Source: Raja brachyura
Taxonomy: Eukaryota
DNA: 64,000 bases
Reading direction: 5' to 3'
Assembly (NCBI GenBank): GCA_963514005.1
Contig: OY740798.1
Coordinates: 32,612,001 to 32,676,000 of the forward strand
Shown: one piece after another, positions 27,801 through 42,800 of the stretch
How positions within the stretch are numbered: position 1 is the stretch's first letter
Layout of the letters: each line of letters starts with the position of its first letter
Made by a program: the position numbers and the translations under genes
The notes under the pieces: model-generated
Told to the model about the DNA's origin: nothing
Databases searched by the model: none
The model's input: the letters and a program-made list of their open reading frames with translations, nothing else

Positions 27801-30800
27801 CTGAAAAGAACTGCCAGAGGAAGCTACAGAAGTAGATACAATTGGGTTTTAAATGATATATTTGGACAGATATGGATAGGAAGGGTTTAGAAGGCAATGA
27901 GCCAAATCCAAGCATTTATCAGAGTCAAGTATAGCAACTTGGTCATCATGGACAAAGTCAGCCAAAAGGCTTGTTTCTGTGCTTCTTCTTTCGTGTGGCG
28001 TGCACAGCCTAAAGTTGTTGGACAACTTGTTCTATTTGATCTTCCATTTGTGCACGGCGAGTTGATTGAATTAGTCGAAACAGGTTGGACCACGTGAAGG
28101 TTGCAATCTTCAACCCTGTTTCTGTGCTGTACAGCTCAATGACTCTTAATGATTTTATCTGAGGAGCTGGCTGTAATCTGAGAATATAGAAGTTGAATTA
28201 GCATCAGGAAGAAATAGTCTGCTAAATTGGGCTGGGGGGGGCAGGCAAGGGCAACAGTTAGATACTTTTGCTGCTTAATTCTGAAGAGCACTCAGTGGCA
28301 AGGAAAATAAAATGAATACACAGCATGTTTGAACTGAAAGTGAATATACAGAATACTCTGGTTATTGTTGCAGACAATGGCAAATACCTTTTGGTGCATC
28401 CACGTTTCTAGATGAACACTTAGGTTAAGAAACTGATCACGTTTGTACAGTAGTCACTAATGTGTTTTCCAATGGTTCATTGGTGCTTTATCACATGTAG
28501 CAATGTACAGTGAAATTCATATTTGTAAACTATTCAGTACAAGCATCGCTTTTCATAAGCACTTGGATACATCTTAGATAAGCACCTCAGAAGCAATACA
28601 AGTATACAGAGGCGCCAGATTTGGTACCATTTTCAAGTCCCAGTTGTTGTAAATGCAGGGTTCTTGACCAGACCACGAAGGCCTGTTGTCCAAGTGGCAT
28701 TGCACAGTTGGCGCGGTGTCCTTTGCCACGCCTCCACCACTGTAGGCCGTGTTCACCGTTGAGGCAGTGGACTCTCTCCTGCAGCTGATCTACTTACCAG
28801 CCCCCCAGTCAGACTCCTTCCTTTGATGTGCGGGCGGGCCAGGCCTTCCGGGTAGGTTTCCTGTTCAGTCCTCGGCGGGATAGCCAGGGCTGCTGGTGGG
28901 TCTGGCCACGGCTTGCAGGGATTATCCCACATCATTTTGATCTGTGGTATAAGCTAGGCTGCAAATATCTCGTTGTTCAAAATAGTTGAGGAACTTCGAA
29001 GTCTCAACACAGTTAGTGGATAAATTAAAGGCAAGGTGTGGCTAGTAAAGTGGCAGTAGAAATGTATCAAATATGGAAATTGACAATCTTGACGGATAGG
29101 AGAGCTTGACAACTTAAAATAAAAATGAAGCCATTGAATCATACGTTTAATTTTGTTTGTGAATATTCACTTTCGGTATCTAAAAATTAAAAATCAGACA
29201 AATTTAAAGGTTAAAAGTGGCATATTTCAATTTCAAAATTATGTTTACCAATTACAAATATCACTGGGATCAATTTTCTTGTAGCTCTGAGTCTTAAAAG
29301 CCCACTCTAAATTATAATTAGCACATCATTTTGAATGCACCAGTGAAAGACTGCTGCAGTTGGGGAAATGTCATTATTTTCCAGTTGAGATATTAAATAA
29401 AGGCTGTATGTTCATGTGGACAAAACATATCTATGATGTTACGTATGGTGTTTCATAGCCAGCATGCAAAAAAGATACTCAAAAGTCATAAGGAATGGGA
29501 ATAGAAATAGGTCATTCTGCCCATCAAGTCTACTCTGCCATTAAATCATGGCTGATCTATCTCTCCCTCCTAAACCCCATTCTCCTGCCTTCTCCCCATA
29601 ACCTCTGATACCTGTACTAATCAAGAATCTATCTATCTCTACCTTTAAAATATCCATTGACGGCCTCCACAGCCTCCTGTGGCAAAGAATTCCACAGAAT
29701 CACCACCCACTGACTAAGAAATTTATCCTCGTCTCTTTCCTAAAAGAACGTCCTTTAATTCTGAGGCTATGACCTCTAGTTCTAGACTCTCCCACTAATG
29801 GAAACATCCACTCTATCCAAGCCTTTCATTATTCTGTATATTTCAATCAGGTTTCCCCCCCCCTCATTTTTCTGAACTCCTGTGAGTACATGCCCAGTGT
29901 CAACTAACACTCATCATAGGTTAACCTACTCATTCCTGGGATCATTCTTGTAAACCTCCTCTGGACCCTCTCCAGAGCCAGCATATCCTTCTTCATATAT
30001 GGTGCCAAAAATTGCTCACAATATTCCAAATGCCACCTTACAGCGTCTTGTAGAGCCTCAACATTACATCCCTGTTTTTGTACATAAGCCCTCTTGAAAT
30101 AAATGGCAGGATTGCGTTTGCTTTCCTTCCTACCGATTCGACATGCAGATTAACTGTTTGGGAATCCTGCACCAGCACTCCCAAGTCCCTTTGCACCTCC
30201 AATTTCTGGATTATCTCCCCATTTAGAAAATAATCTCAGCCTTAATTCCTACCACCAAAATGCATGACTCCACACTTTGCTACACTATATTCCAACAGCC
30301 ACATAGCCTTCAATCCCCAAATCATTAATATACAATGTGAAGACTAGCAGCCCCAGCACCGACCCTTGCGGAACTCCACTAGTCACTGGTAGCCAACCAG
30401 AAAAAGCCCCCTTTATTGCCACTATTTGTCTCGAGTCTCAAATAAATTGAGTTAGAAACCAAGCAAAACTGGAAGAAAGAATGTGAAATGCACCATTGTA
30501 AATACTTGAGGAAAACAATGTAATCTGAAAGAACCTTAGCACCTGAAAGAGTAGGGAACATAAGAGAATGCTGACACAAGTTCTTCAGGATATGCCTATA
30601 CTATTCTGCAGAGATACTGCCTGACCCGTTGAGTAACTCATGTATTTTGTGTATTTTTATAAAAGAATGCTGACAGGATTAAATGAAGTAGTGGGGAATA
30701 AGGAAACTCCTGTGAAGCATTAATACATAAAATAGACACAAAGTGTTGGAGTAACTCAGCGGGTCAGGCATCATCTCTGGAGAAAAAGGATGGGTGACGT

Positions 30801-33800
30801 TTCGGGTCAGGACCCTTCTCGAAACGTCATCCATCCTTTTTCTTCATTGATGCTGTTTTTCCCCACAGAGTTACTCCAGCACTTTGTGTTTAACTATGGT
30901 ATAAACCTGCATCTGCAGTTCTTTGTTTCTACATTTAAGCATTAATAAATGTTGGGCTAATGGCGCCTTAGATGTAGATTCAATATTATTATACATGTAG
31001 GAATGCAGTTCCGACAATCGTACTTTATCTTTCTTACTGGTGCTTACCAACAATATTCTCCAGTCACTTCTATCAAAGGCTGTCAACTGTGTCTCAGTGG
31101 AGTGCTTTCTCTTACAGCTGAAAAATCAGTTCCCACTACGTTTGTAAACTAAAGGGAATAAACATTGTCTGGATAAATGAGCTAATTGGATGGGGTAATA
31201 ACAAGGCTGCACTTGCAGACCATGTTTCTAAATCTCTGATGCAGTCCATGGCGGATCTATCGTATCGCATCGTATGGGTAAGACAGTTCTGGCAATGGAT
31301 TGTGGCCTTATTCTAGAATGTTCCTCTGTTTAAACAACTTCTCTTTTTCCAGGATGAGAATGACCAAGATCAGTCAGATGGTGAGGATGTGGTGGGATCA
31401 CAGAAGAGACAGGTATGCATTTGTGAATGGGATGGGACTGACGTATGATGAAAGAATGGGTTGACTGGGTTGTATTCGCTTATAGAAACATATAAAATCC
31501 TTAGAGGATTGGACAGGGTAGATGCAGGAAAATTGTTCCAGATGTTGGGGTAGTCCAGAACCAGGGGTTACTGTCTAAGAATAAGGGGTATGTCATTTAG
31601 GACTAAGATGGGGAAAAACATTTTCACTCAGAGTTGTGAAGCTGTGGAATTTTCTGCCACAGAAGGCAGTGGAGGCCAATTCATTGGCTGTACTCAAGAG
31701 AGTTAGATATAGCTCTTAGGGCTAACGGAATCAAGGGATATGGGGAAAAAGCCCGAATAGGGTACTGATTTTGGATGATCAGCCATGATCATATTGAATG
31801 GCGGTGCTGGCTCGAAGTGCCTACTCCTGCATCTATGTTCTATGTGCCTATGAATCCCCCACTCTGTAACCCAGGTCTAACATAACTCATTAAGTAAAAG
31901 GAAAACGTGACAGGTAGCATCCACAGGTAGGGAAATGGTTAACATTTCAGTTTGATGATTTTGTATCAGAATTTGGAAAAGTAAAGAGATATTATGATTT
32001 AAGATGCACAGAAGAAGAGATCACAGCAAAAGGCCTATTTGCCTGGAAAGGAATGATGCTTCAAGGGAGGACAGGGTGGTAATAGATAGAGAATGAAAAG
32101 GTCTGTCTGTATATGATGACATGGTTGATTTTTTTAAAACTTTTTTTTGCAGACTGATAATCTGTCAAGGTAAGGAGTCTTGTCTTCCATTTTCCATCCT
32201 GTGCTAGCCATGATTGATTCAGTCCCCACTGAGCAATACCAGATACTCTCTCTCGCAGGGGTCACCAGCTAATTTACTCTTCCTAAGTTGAGGTGGCCTG
32301 AGGCTAACTGCGGATTCCCTACTGGTACCCTGGGTGAGATCCACTAACTTATCACAGTAGCTGGATTAAACATGGGGTGGGGTGCTTGGGTATGGGGCTC
32401 TAGACTTGATCATCATTATTTCGGTAAATTTGTTTCAGTTTGAATGCCTCATACCATGTCGAACTGTGTATTTGACCACTTCTTTCTGAAATCTGTAGAC
32501 TATTATGGTGGCCATTTTACAAACTTGTAAACTCATGATGGTGATTGAATTTATTTTATTAGGAATAACGATCGGGTGAAATTGTATAACGGGTCTGTGA
32601 ATGAATGGGTTCACATAATTTTTTAAATGTTGAGTGTTTATCTGCTGGCTACACATAATTGGGAGATTTTCTACCAATACTCTAGGTGACATTGATCTTT
32701 ATAATAAAGCTGCAGAATCTTTTAACCAATTAAGTAGATTGAAAGGGTGAGTGGAACGAGCAGTCAAGTCCATTAAAAAAAAGTCCTCATCGTTAACTTT
32801 AATCCCTACTCACTGATGCCATCCTATTTGTGAATATGGTCTGAAATTAAGCATACGGTTCTCAAGAGTGGGGTTACATTTGATATCATGATGAACTCTG
32901 ACCAAATATCTGCACCATTGCTACGTCTCCCATTCCTGGACTACTTCCCTCTGTTCTTCATTGCTTCTCGATTTTCAGATCATTCAAAACTATGCTGCCT
33001 CTATCCCAAGTTTAAGCAAGCCGTGTTCACCCTGTGCTGTTGATCCATATTTGCTGCTTAAACAATATCTCAATGTTCAAATATTTGTCTGTGTTTCTGT
33101 ATCCCTCCTAAGTGTTTCCAGCCAACAATATTTTGGGATATCTGTTCTCTTTCTGCCAGTTTGAATAGTCTCCCCATCCCCCATTTTAATCATGTCATCA
33201 TTGATAAACAGGCCTCAAGCAGTGAGATCCTGCGTTTGGAGTCCCCCCCCCCCCCCCCCTATATCTCTTGGGATTTTCCTCTTTTTAGTACTCCTTGAAG
33301 CCCACAGCTTTGATCAACCATTGGATCTTTTAGACAGGTACATGGATAGGACAGGTATAGGGAGATATGGTCCAAATGCAAGCAAGTGGGGCAAGTATCG
33401 ATGGGACATGTTAGCCAGAGTGGGCCGAAGGGCCTGTTTCCACACTGCATTACTCTATAACTATGACTTTATCTAATACCGTATCAGGCTCAACCATTAA
33501 TGTGTTTGATTGGACTACAAAGATGCAACTTGAGGCATTTGTTTTTATATTGTTTAAACATAGAAAATAGGTGCAGGAGTAGGCCATTCAGCCCTTCAAG
33601 CCAGCATCACCATCCAATATGATCATAGCTGATCATCCAGAATCAGTACCCTGTTCCCGCTTTCTCCCCATATCCCTTGATTCCATTAGCCATAAGATTA
33701 TATTCAACCCTCTCTGGAATAAATTCAGTGAATTGGCCTCCATATCTTCTGTGGCAGAGAATTCCACAGATTCACAACTCTCTGGCTGAAAAAGTTTTTC

Positions 33801-36800
33801 CTCATCTCAGTTCTAAATTGTCTACCCCTTATTCTTAAACTGTGATCCCTGGTTCTGGACTCCCCCAACATGGGGAACATCTTTCCTGCATCTAGCCTGT
33901 CCAATCCCTAAAGGATGTTATATGTTTCTAAAACATCCCCACTCATCCTTCTAAATTCTAGTGTTTACAAGCCCAGTCAATCCATTCTTTCATCATATGT
34001 CAGTCTTGCCATCCCGGGAATTAACCTGGTGAACTATGCTGTACTTCCTCAATAGCAAAAATGTCCTTCCTCAAATTAGGAGACCAAAACTGCACACAAT
34101 ACTCCAGGTGCGGTCTCACCAGTGCCCTGTACGACTGCAGTAGGACCTCTTTGCTCCTATACTCAAATCCTCTCGCTATGAAGGCCAACATGCCATTAGC
34201 TTTCTTCACTGCCTGCCGTACCTGCATGCTTACTTTCAGTGATTGATGTACAAGGACACCTAGGTCTCGTTGCACCTCCCCTTTTCCTAATCTGACACCA
34301 TTCAGATAATAATCTGCCACCTGTTCTTGACACCAAAGTGAATAACCTCACATTTATCCACATTATACTGCAACTGTCCACTCACCCAACCTATCCAAGT
34401 CACCATGCAGCCTCATAGCACCTCCTCGCAGCTAACACTGCCACCCAGCTTTGTGTTATCCACAAACTTGGTGATGTTACATTTAATTCCTTTGTCTAAA
34501 TCATTAATATTGTAAATAACTGGGGTCCCAGCACTGACCCTTGCGGCACCCCACTAGTCACTGCCAGCCATTCTGAAAAGGACCCGTTAATTCTTACTCT
34601 TTGCTTATTGTCTGCTAACCAGTTCTCTATCCATGTCAATACCCTAACCCTAATACCATGTGCTCCCATTTTGCACACTAAGTGTATTTAGTGAATTGTA
34701 AGTAGTTGTTTTTGCATATGTGTTAACTTTAGTTACAGAGAAGATATCTCAACAAGAAGTCAAGGGAACCAATCAAACAGAGGAATGAGCTATTCGGACA
34801 CAAGCCTACATTCTGTACGGGCTAGTCGGCTCGAGAGTGACAGTGACAAACAAGGCTACAGAAAGGTACATTTTAAATTACGGTTCTCGTTCAGGAGGTA
34901 GTGTTTAAATTGCATTGTTGCCACATGGCTTCCCATCGCTGATGTCCCCTGATTGTTTTTTTTCAACTGAGATTCTCCTATACCAATAATGACTAACACT
35001 TAATCAGCAAAGTGGAATCCTTACCAACATTCCACCTCTGCAGCTCCTTTCAATTGTTCCAACCCAGCATTCTACTAACTCTCCTGTTTGCCCTCTCTTA
35101 ATGTTACAATTTACATGTACCACCACCTAATTTCCCCAAAATGCAAGCCTTTGAATATCTCAATCAATTGATGCTTTCCCTAGTTCTCACATTTACTCAT
35201 ACCTTCCTTCACTCTATTTACACCATCTCTCCTAATTCCCCATTTAATATTGTCTATCCAAATTCAATAATTTACTAATTCCTTCCTCTAATTCCTTGAA
35301 TACCTAAAAGCCTTATTTAATTCTGGGGAGGGAATGCACATTCCCTCCGCTGATGCTGCCTGACCTATTGAGTTACTCCAGCACTTTGTTGTACATTGGA
35401 TCTGGTCTGTCTATCTATGGGGTTCTTGATGTAAAGGTTACGTTGAGGTTCATTTTATCTTCCTCTGTAGTTGTATGAAGAACTTCAGAGAGAGAATGTC
35501 CAGCTGCAGGACCAACTGCAAGAGATGCAGATGAAGATTTCACACACTAAATTGGAGTTGGAGAAGGCCACACAGGTAAGCAGTTTTTAAACAGTCCTCG
35601 TGTAATGCATTCTTGAGTGTAGGTATAAGTAATGGGATTAATATACTGTGGAGACAAATTTAAAGACAAACACCAGAGCTTAGGGTCCCACGATCAGCAA
35701 TGAGTTTTTTTGTATTATTTTGGGGGATTATCATTTATCTATCAACACTATTTCACTGGGTGTCATATCTGATCTTTACCCTTTGATGGGAATCTATTAC
35801 CTGCAGCGCTTATTCACTCAGTTATTTCAGAACAGCTTCATTTTCTGAGAGAGCACAGGGTGCAGTGATATGGGAAGTGGTGGCAAGAAGGTGCATCACT
35901 CTAAGATGAGGGGGATGTGCCATCCGCAATAAGCTGCAACTAGAGCTGTCTGGGAAGATATGATTAAATGGATGGAGTTTCTTCAATAAAATAGCCACCC
36001 TCCCAGATGAGGAACATCGATGTACTGCAATGTCATATCTGTAACACAGAGATAAACTTCAGTTAATCACACAAGATGTTTTCTTATTCTAAAACATCAC
36101 TCTATAATGCTGTACAAGCAACCCAACATCAAGCATGGCATTTCACCGTCTTTGCAACTCTCACGAATGGAAGGTGGGGCCATGATATCTTACTATCCAG
36201 CTCTTCCACTTGATCAATAAAGCACATTGACCAGTAACATTGACAAACCTTAGGAAAATGGTTAGCTCTTTAATCAATGTCTTCATGATGCAGGCATTGA
36301 AGCTACCTGTAACTGTAGAAAGGGAAAAATGAAAGCTGGAGGGGGCTCACCATATCTGAAGTCATTAACTTCAATTAAAGGACTCACCCAGGACTGCCAC
36401 TCCATGGTCCCCACTGGAGAGAGTCATGCCAGGTGGTGAATCTGCCGGCCAGTACCTGTTCTTCTACTCTTTTCTCACTCTTCCATGAAGTTGGTTCTTA
36501 ATTGGACTATGGTGCCAATAGGCAACTAACTACACCTCTATGCGACATTGATGGCTATTGAAGTGGTCTCCCGGTAACATCTCACAGATTCTGTGCTTTT
36601 CCTCAGTATGTTTCTGTAGGGCTTCCTGAGAACAGTTGACAAGGTCACAGAGAAGGGATCAATCTACTTTCCATCTCACTCCACTTACCACAAGCAACAA
36701 GCTATGGGGAGCTGGTAGAATTGGAACAGGGTATAGTGGGTGGAGTACAAGTTGAAGTTGATAAGCTTGCTCTGGAATCCTCAGATGCTTTGTACTAGCA

Positions 36801-39800
36801 AAGGTGCTACAAAGCACATATCTAGTTTCCAAGCACCATCTGTCACCAAGATATTTCCAAGCACGAAAAGAACCCAGAATAATCTGACAACCTCTTTGAA
36901 GGAGATCCTTCTACATCAGTGCAGTTTTCCATGACCTTTCAGAGTTCCGGAAGAGGTTTTTAAGTGCAATTTATGAGAAGATACCATCAGGAGTAACTAA
37001 TGCTCTATGAATTAACCAATCCTCTTGGGACAGTTGTTTTAACTCCAAAGAGGATAGGAGCAGACAATATTTTGAAGCAAGGCCTTTTGGAGCAAAGCCT
37101 ATGTTAACAATGGCCTTGCAGCTGTTTGAAAGCAGGTGGTCAGTCACCCATTAGTCTGATCTTTTCATGTAGCTATAATACTAATGTGGCTGGTTCCGTT
37201 AAGTTTCTTGTCAAAGGTGACCCATAGGATGCTGATGGTGGAGAGTTAAGCAATGTTATGGCATTGAACACATCAAGGGAAGATGGTGAGATTTTATAAT
37301 TTTGGAGGTTGCCTCTGCCTGGCCTCTCGTGGATGAATGCCACCTAGCAGCCCATGCCTAATTATTGACTATTCATAGAGATTAACTGCATAATTCGTTA
37401 ATGCCCCACCAATCATTGTTGGGGATGTATTTTCCCTGGAGTTGCCCACTTCCCTGAGCTACTTATTGTCCACCGCCATTCGTTGTATCAATTGTAGGCT
37501 GGTCTTGCTGTACTGCATGCATAGACTCCTGTATCACAATTTTCCCTGGCTGGCACTAATTTTTATGTATGTCTGGTGTTTCTCCTGCCGTGTTTTTCTA
37601 CATTAATTGTACCAGCGTTGATCCTGACATAATTGCAATGCTGCATTTGAGGATTCGCTGGGCCCTATGGTTAAAGCTGAGGGTGTAGTTATATTTAAGC
37701 TGCTGATGGTCCATATCCCCTCCTAGATGCCTTTTTTTCCCCCAACTCCAAAACTGCTCAGAATCTATCCCATTTAGTACCTGGGAATTTAATTTCCACA
37801 AGGACTATCTAGTGATAACTCCTGCCAATGTCATCACGTGCAGATTTCACCTGGTGCATCTGGAATAGATGACAAGGATAAGACCAAATAAGTTTATTCT
37901 TTTGTGTTGGCTTGGACTAGTCAATGCTGTGCTACCAAGACACTTTTGATGATGTGTATTAGTCTCTCAAAGTACATTATTTTCTCTTGCTACCGACAAT
38001 AAACCTTTCCAAGTGTTTCACAATGTGGTGGAGGACGTACAGGTGCTAATCAGATATCCTCGCCCATGTTTGACCTGATGTCATGACTTCATAGGATCTG
38101 AGGTCAATATTGAGGATTTTCCAGCTATTCTCTCCTGCCTATGTACCACTATCACCGACGCAAGTCTGTCCTACCCATGGGCCAGGTTATACCCAGGGAT
38201 TATGATGGAGAAACCAGAATTATGGCCAAGATTTGATTCTGTGCATACAACTATGTAAGGTTGTTGCTTAACAACTCTGTGAATTGAATGCATTCAGCAC
38301 CTAGGCTGATGTTTTTTTAAACCTTGCTTTCTGTGATTTTCTTCATGAAGGCATACACAAAATATGTTAAGTATCTCTGCCCTTTCTATATTCGCTGATT
38401 TTTTTTCCTTATTGTCCAAGGCCCATTTTAACTTTTGCTAACCTTTTCTGCTGACAATCAATAGAGGCTTTGTCAGTTTTTTATTTGTTTCTCGCTAAAT
38501 TACTTTCATTTCTATCTTCCCAGCCAGAGCAGTATGAGTCTTTCTTTTGTTTCTCTCACTTATGAGGAATACATTTTTGTAAACTCTGTCAATTCTTCTA
38601 GAATAAACCATTGCTTGTCTACTGCTGTACATTTGAATGAGGTTTCTCAATCTTTCAGTCAGTCCATGTCTCACACCTTAATTATTTGCTTTGTTTAGAT
38701 TCAAAACCCTAGTTTCAATTGAATAGTCATTTTAAGTCATTGCACAAAATTGTATTACACAAAATGCTGGAGTAACTCAGCGGGATAGGCAGCATCGCTG
38801 GAGAGAGGGAATGGGTGACGTTTCGAGTTGAGACCCTTCTTCAGACTGGTGAAGGTCTGAAGAAGGGTCTCGACCCAAAACATCACCCACCCATTCTTTC
38901 TCTCCAGTGATGCTGCCTGTCCCGTTGAGATACTCCAGCATTTTGTATCTACCTTTGGTTTAAACCAGCAGTACCTTGCAACATATGTATCACATGATCA
39001 CATGAAACTCATTTATAAATTAATCCTGTCCTACAACTAGTTTGATGTTATCAGATTATGCATAGATTAACATTATCCTTATTTATATTTTCCTTATTGT
39101 ATGCACTGCTTTTGAATTAATACCACTCCATACATCAATTGGGAAACAATACACAATGTTTTCAACTTTATTTCTTACCTCCATCTAAATTGACTTAATT
39201 TCTTAATTTTCTGAACTAAGCCCCTTTCTAGCCACTGCCTTACCCCAATTTTATCAAGACTTGTTTTTTATTTTGCCCATCTTTTCTAAAATACAAACAT
39301 CTTGGGATAATTATTTCCCAATCTTGGTTACTTTGCAAACACATGTCAACTTCGGCTATTATTTTTGCCATTAAATCAGCTATCTTTTCATAAATGCTGT
39401 GGGCAATTTTACACTGACCACCCGATTTATCCTTTCAGCTTAGCCACAAGAAAGTCATTTTAGTGAAAGTTATGGAACCACGTTACCCATTTGTCAACAT
39501 TACAATAGAAAGACTTACAGTTGGAAAGTAGAAACAAGGAACTGCAGATGCTGATTTACAAAAAAGGGCAAAGCGCTGGAGTAACCCCAGTATCTCTGGA
39601 GAAAATGGATGTGACGTTTTGGGCTCTGGCCCGAAAAATCACCTAGCCAGAGATGCAGCCTGAGCCGCTGAGTTACTCCAGCACGTTGTGAACTTTAAGG
39701 TTGGAAATCTCATTTAAATAGAAATGTTTTGGCTAATTTAAACCTAATAGATTGAATGGCCACTCTGCCCCTACACGTTTTCATCAAACAGTGAGACAAG

Positions 39801-42800
39801 TATCACAGAGTAGATCCCTCGTCCTGATAAAGCATGCCAAGCTGATAGTTCTTCATTTATCTACGTCATCAATTATTAATATACAACCAGTTCTCAAACT
39901 ATATCATGGCATTGTCTGGTCCTACCATCTGATACAAATTGAGCTCTCACATTCCATAATAAAGCAACAGTAGTCATCACTCCAACATATCAACTGTAGT
40001 ATCATCTGTGTCGTAAATTATTGTCACATGTACTGAGGTTATGAAAAGCTTTGTTTTACATGGTATCCAAACCAATACTATACATTAATACAATCAAGTC
40101 AGCCTCCTCCAAAAGAGAAAAGGTGAAGGGACAGAGTGCCTATAATTCTCAGCATAAAGTATATGATAAATTAAGGCCAATTCGTCCCTGGCCTTGTGTA
40201 ATATGCAACATCCTCACGCTCCTTTGCCCTGTAATAAATTGACAGCATTATACCCCCTCATATACTGTAATAATTTAACAGCATTTTCTGGCCGGTGCCA
40301 AATTTACACAAAACCCACCGCAGAAGGATATCTGTCATTACCTGCTCAGTTCAGGGCCAATTGGAGATGGACATTTGCCAGCAATGGCATTTATCACATG
40401 CAAACAAACAGAATCTCTGCCCGCACATCCTTTGATAGATCAACAATCCTCACACTCTGCTGTCCTTCAATGAATTAACTATGGTCCCCGTCATGAACCG
40501 TAATAAAATCAACAACACTCCCTGCTCTCCAACAATATATCAAGAGCCTTCTTACAAAACTGACACCAGTCTGTGCCCTCATACTACTTGTGCATTGTTA
40601 CAAGGCAATGGAACTCACCCCATTGTTCTCGCAAGCTGTAATAAATCCATTGCCCTTGTGGCCCCTGCACCCTTTTAAATATCAACTGTATCCTCACACT
40701 CTCTTGCTCTGCTATAAATCAACAGCATTTCCAACTCTAACTTGGTAGTGAATTGATTGGACACCCTGCTCTCAGACTTTCCCACCGCATTAGAAATTGG
40801 CACCTTCTGCTCCCACGGTTTACAACAAACCAAGAACAATTGTTACTTTCAATCTGTGCCCTCTGTCTTCAAATATTAAATCAACGAGAACTTCTGACTT
40901 CAGGTTTTATTATAAATAACACTCCATGCTAAACCAACAAACTCTGCAATTTTGCTCTGTAATAGTTCAATCTTTGCCCTTGCATTCTGTAATAAATCAA
41001 ATAGCACCTTTGCCCCTTGTACGGTGTAATAAATTGACAGCATACTGTCCCCTCACACCCCAATTCTCCGCACTCTCACTCGGTAACGAGTTGACAGTAG
41101 AGTCATGCTTTGTAATACATAGAACAGGGCGGCACAGGAACAGGCCCATCAGCCCACAATGTTTGTGCTGAACATGATGCCAAGTTAACCTGTGTAGGAA
41201 AGAACTGCAGATGCTGGTTTAAATTGAAGGTAGGCACAAAATGCTGGAGTAACTCAGCGGGACAGGCGGCATCTCTAGAGCGAAGGAATGGGCGATGTTT
41301 CGGGTCGAGACCAAGACCAACGTCAGCCATTCCTTCTCTCCAGAGATGCTGCCTATCCCATCAAGTTAACCTAATCTTCTCTGCCCGCATGTGATCCATT
41401 GACCTCCATTCCTTGCATATACATAAATCAACAATGTTCGAGACACATTCAATTATCCTGTATTAAATAGATATTGAGGAAGGAAATGTAATCATTATCT
41501 GGTCTGACCAATGTGTGACCGCAGTCCACAGCCCCATCAGTGGATGATTCTGAACGGCCTCCTCAGTCTAAGGGCAATTAGAACATTGGCAAGTGATGCC
41601 ACATCACTCATACAAATAATAAAATTGATCCTGTAATATGTCATCAGCCCTCTCCCTGTCCTTGCGCTCCTGCACCCTGTAACAGATCAACGACACCCTC
41701 TTCCCTCCTGCCGTTAAATAAATCTGCAAATCTTTGCTCTCATACTTGTGCATCAAGCAAGGAGTCAACTGTGATTATTGCTCTTCCACCCAATAATAAA
41801 TCACTTTTCTCTGCTCCCTTGTCTTGTAATAAATCCACTGCAATCTCTATCCTTGCACTCCTGCAGGCTGGTATAAAGCAATGGCATTCTGTGCCCTCAC
41901 CCTGTAATATACATTAATAAAATTCTACCATCACACACCCCTCACCCTGTAATAAATTAACACTAGTAAAATGAGAGAACTCTCTGCCCTCAGACCTTCT
42001 CACCCTATAATAAATAAAGTTTCCTTCCACACCCTGCAATAAATTAACTGTAATCGTTACTCTCCTGCTCTGTAGCAAATCAGCAGCACTCCCTTCCCTC
42101 ATGCCCAGCGACAAATCAAGAACAATTGTTGCCCTCGCATTCTGAAATGAATTAAATGCAGTCTCCCCTCTTGATTAAATCAACAAGGATTTCTGCCCTC
42201 GGGCTTTGTTACAAACAGCACGTTCTTCCCCTACACCCCATGCCAAATCAACCATAACCTCTGCCCCCTTGTTCAGTAATAAACCAGGAGCAACTTTCAA
42301 TATTGTGTGTTACAATAAATCAACAGCAATCTCTGACTTCACACCCTGTTATAAAACTTAACAACACTCTAACTATGATACACTAACCGCATCATATGCC
42401 TCCTTTGTAATAAATACAATGTTGTATTCACTCACTTTTACTCAGTAATTGAATACAAATAAAATAATTGGAAGGAAATCTATCATCAATACCGGTTCTG
42501 GATATTTGCAACAGGGAGCTACACCTTTACTGGTGGCCGATTCTGAACTGTTCCTCAGTTCAGGGGCAATTAGCAGAGGGCAACTGTCGGTGATACAAAC
42601 AAATAAAATCTTTGCTCAAGTGCTGGAATGAATCATCAGCACTCTCTGGCCTCGCGTTCCTGTACCCTATAGTACATCAACACCAACCTCTGCCCTCTTC
42701 CCTTAAAACAAGTATGTCCTCTCTTCGCGCTCACAACAGCATGGAATGGACTGTAATGTTTGCTCACTTGGCCTTCCACTGAAATCTCTGCCCTCACACT

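Larger units (their letters stand above)
27700..28150 (+). mobile_element. Degraded CR1 3' end hosting the ribozyme retroposon
   Basis: ATGGATAGGAAGGGTTTAGA...AAAGGCTTGTTTCTGTGCT, resuming after the insertion. Confidence 0.65.

Noticed and set aside
8960-38890. Selective inactivation of sense-strand hammerhead cores inside the gene
   Set aside because: Too few copies, and the changes are largely explained by ordinary CpG decay also seen in antisense copies.
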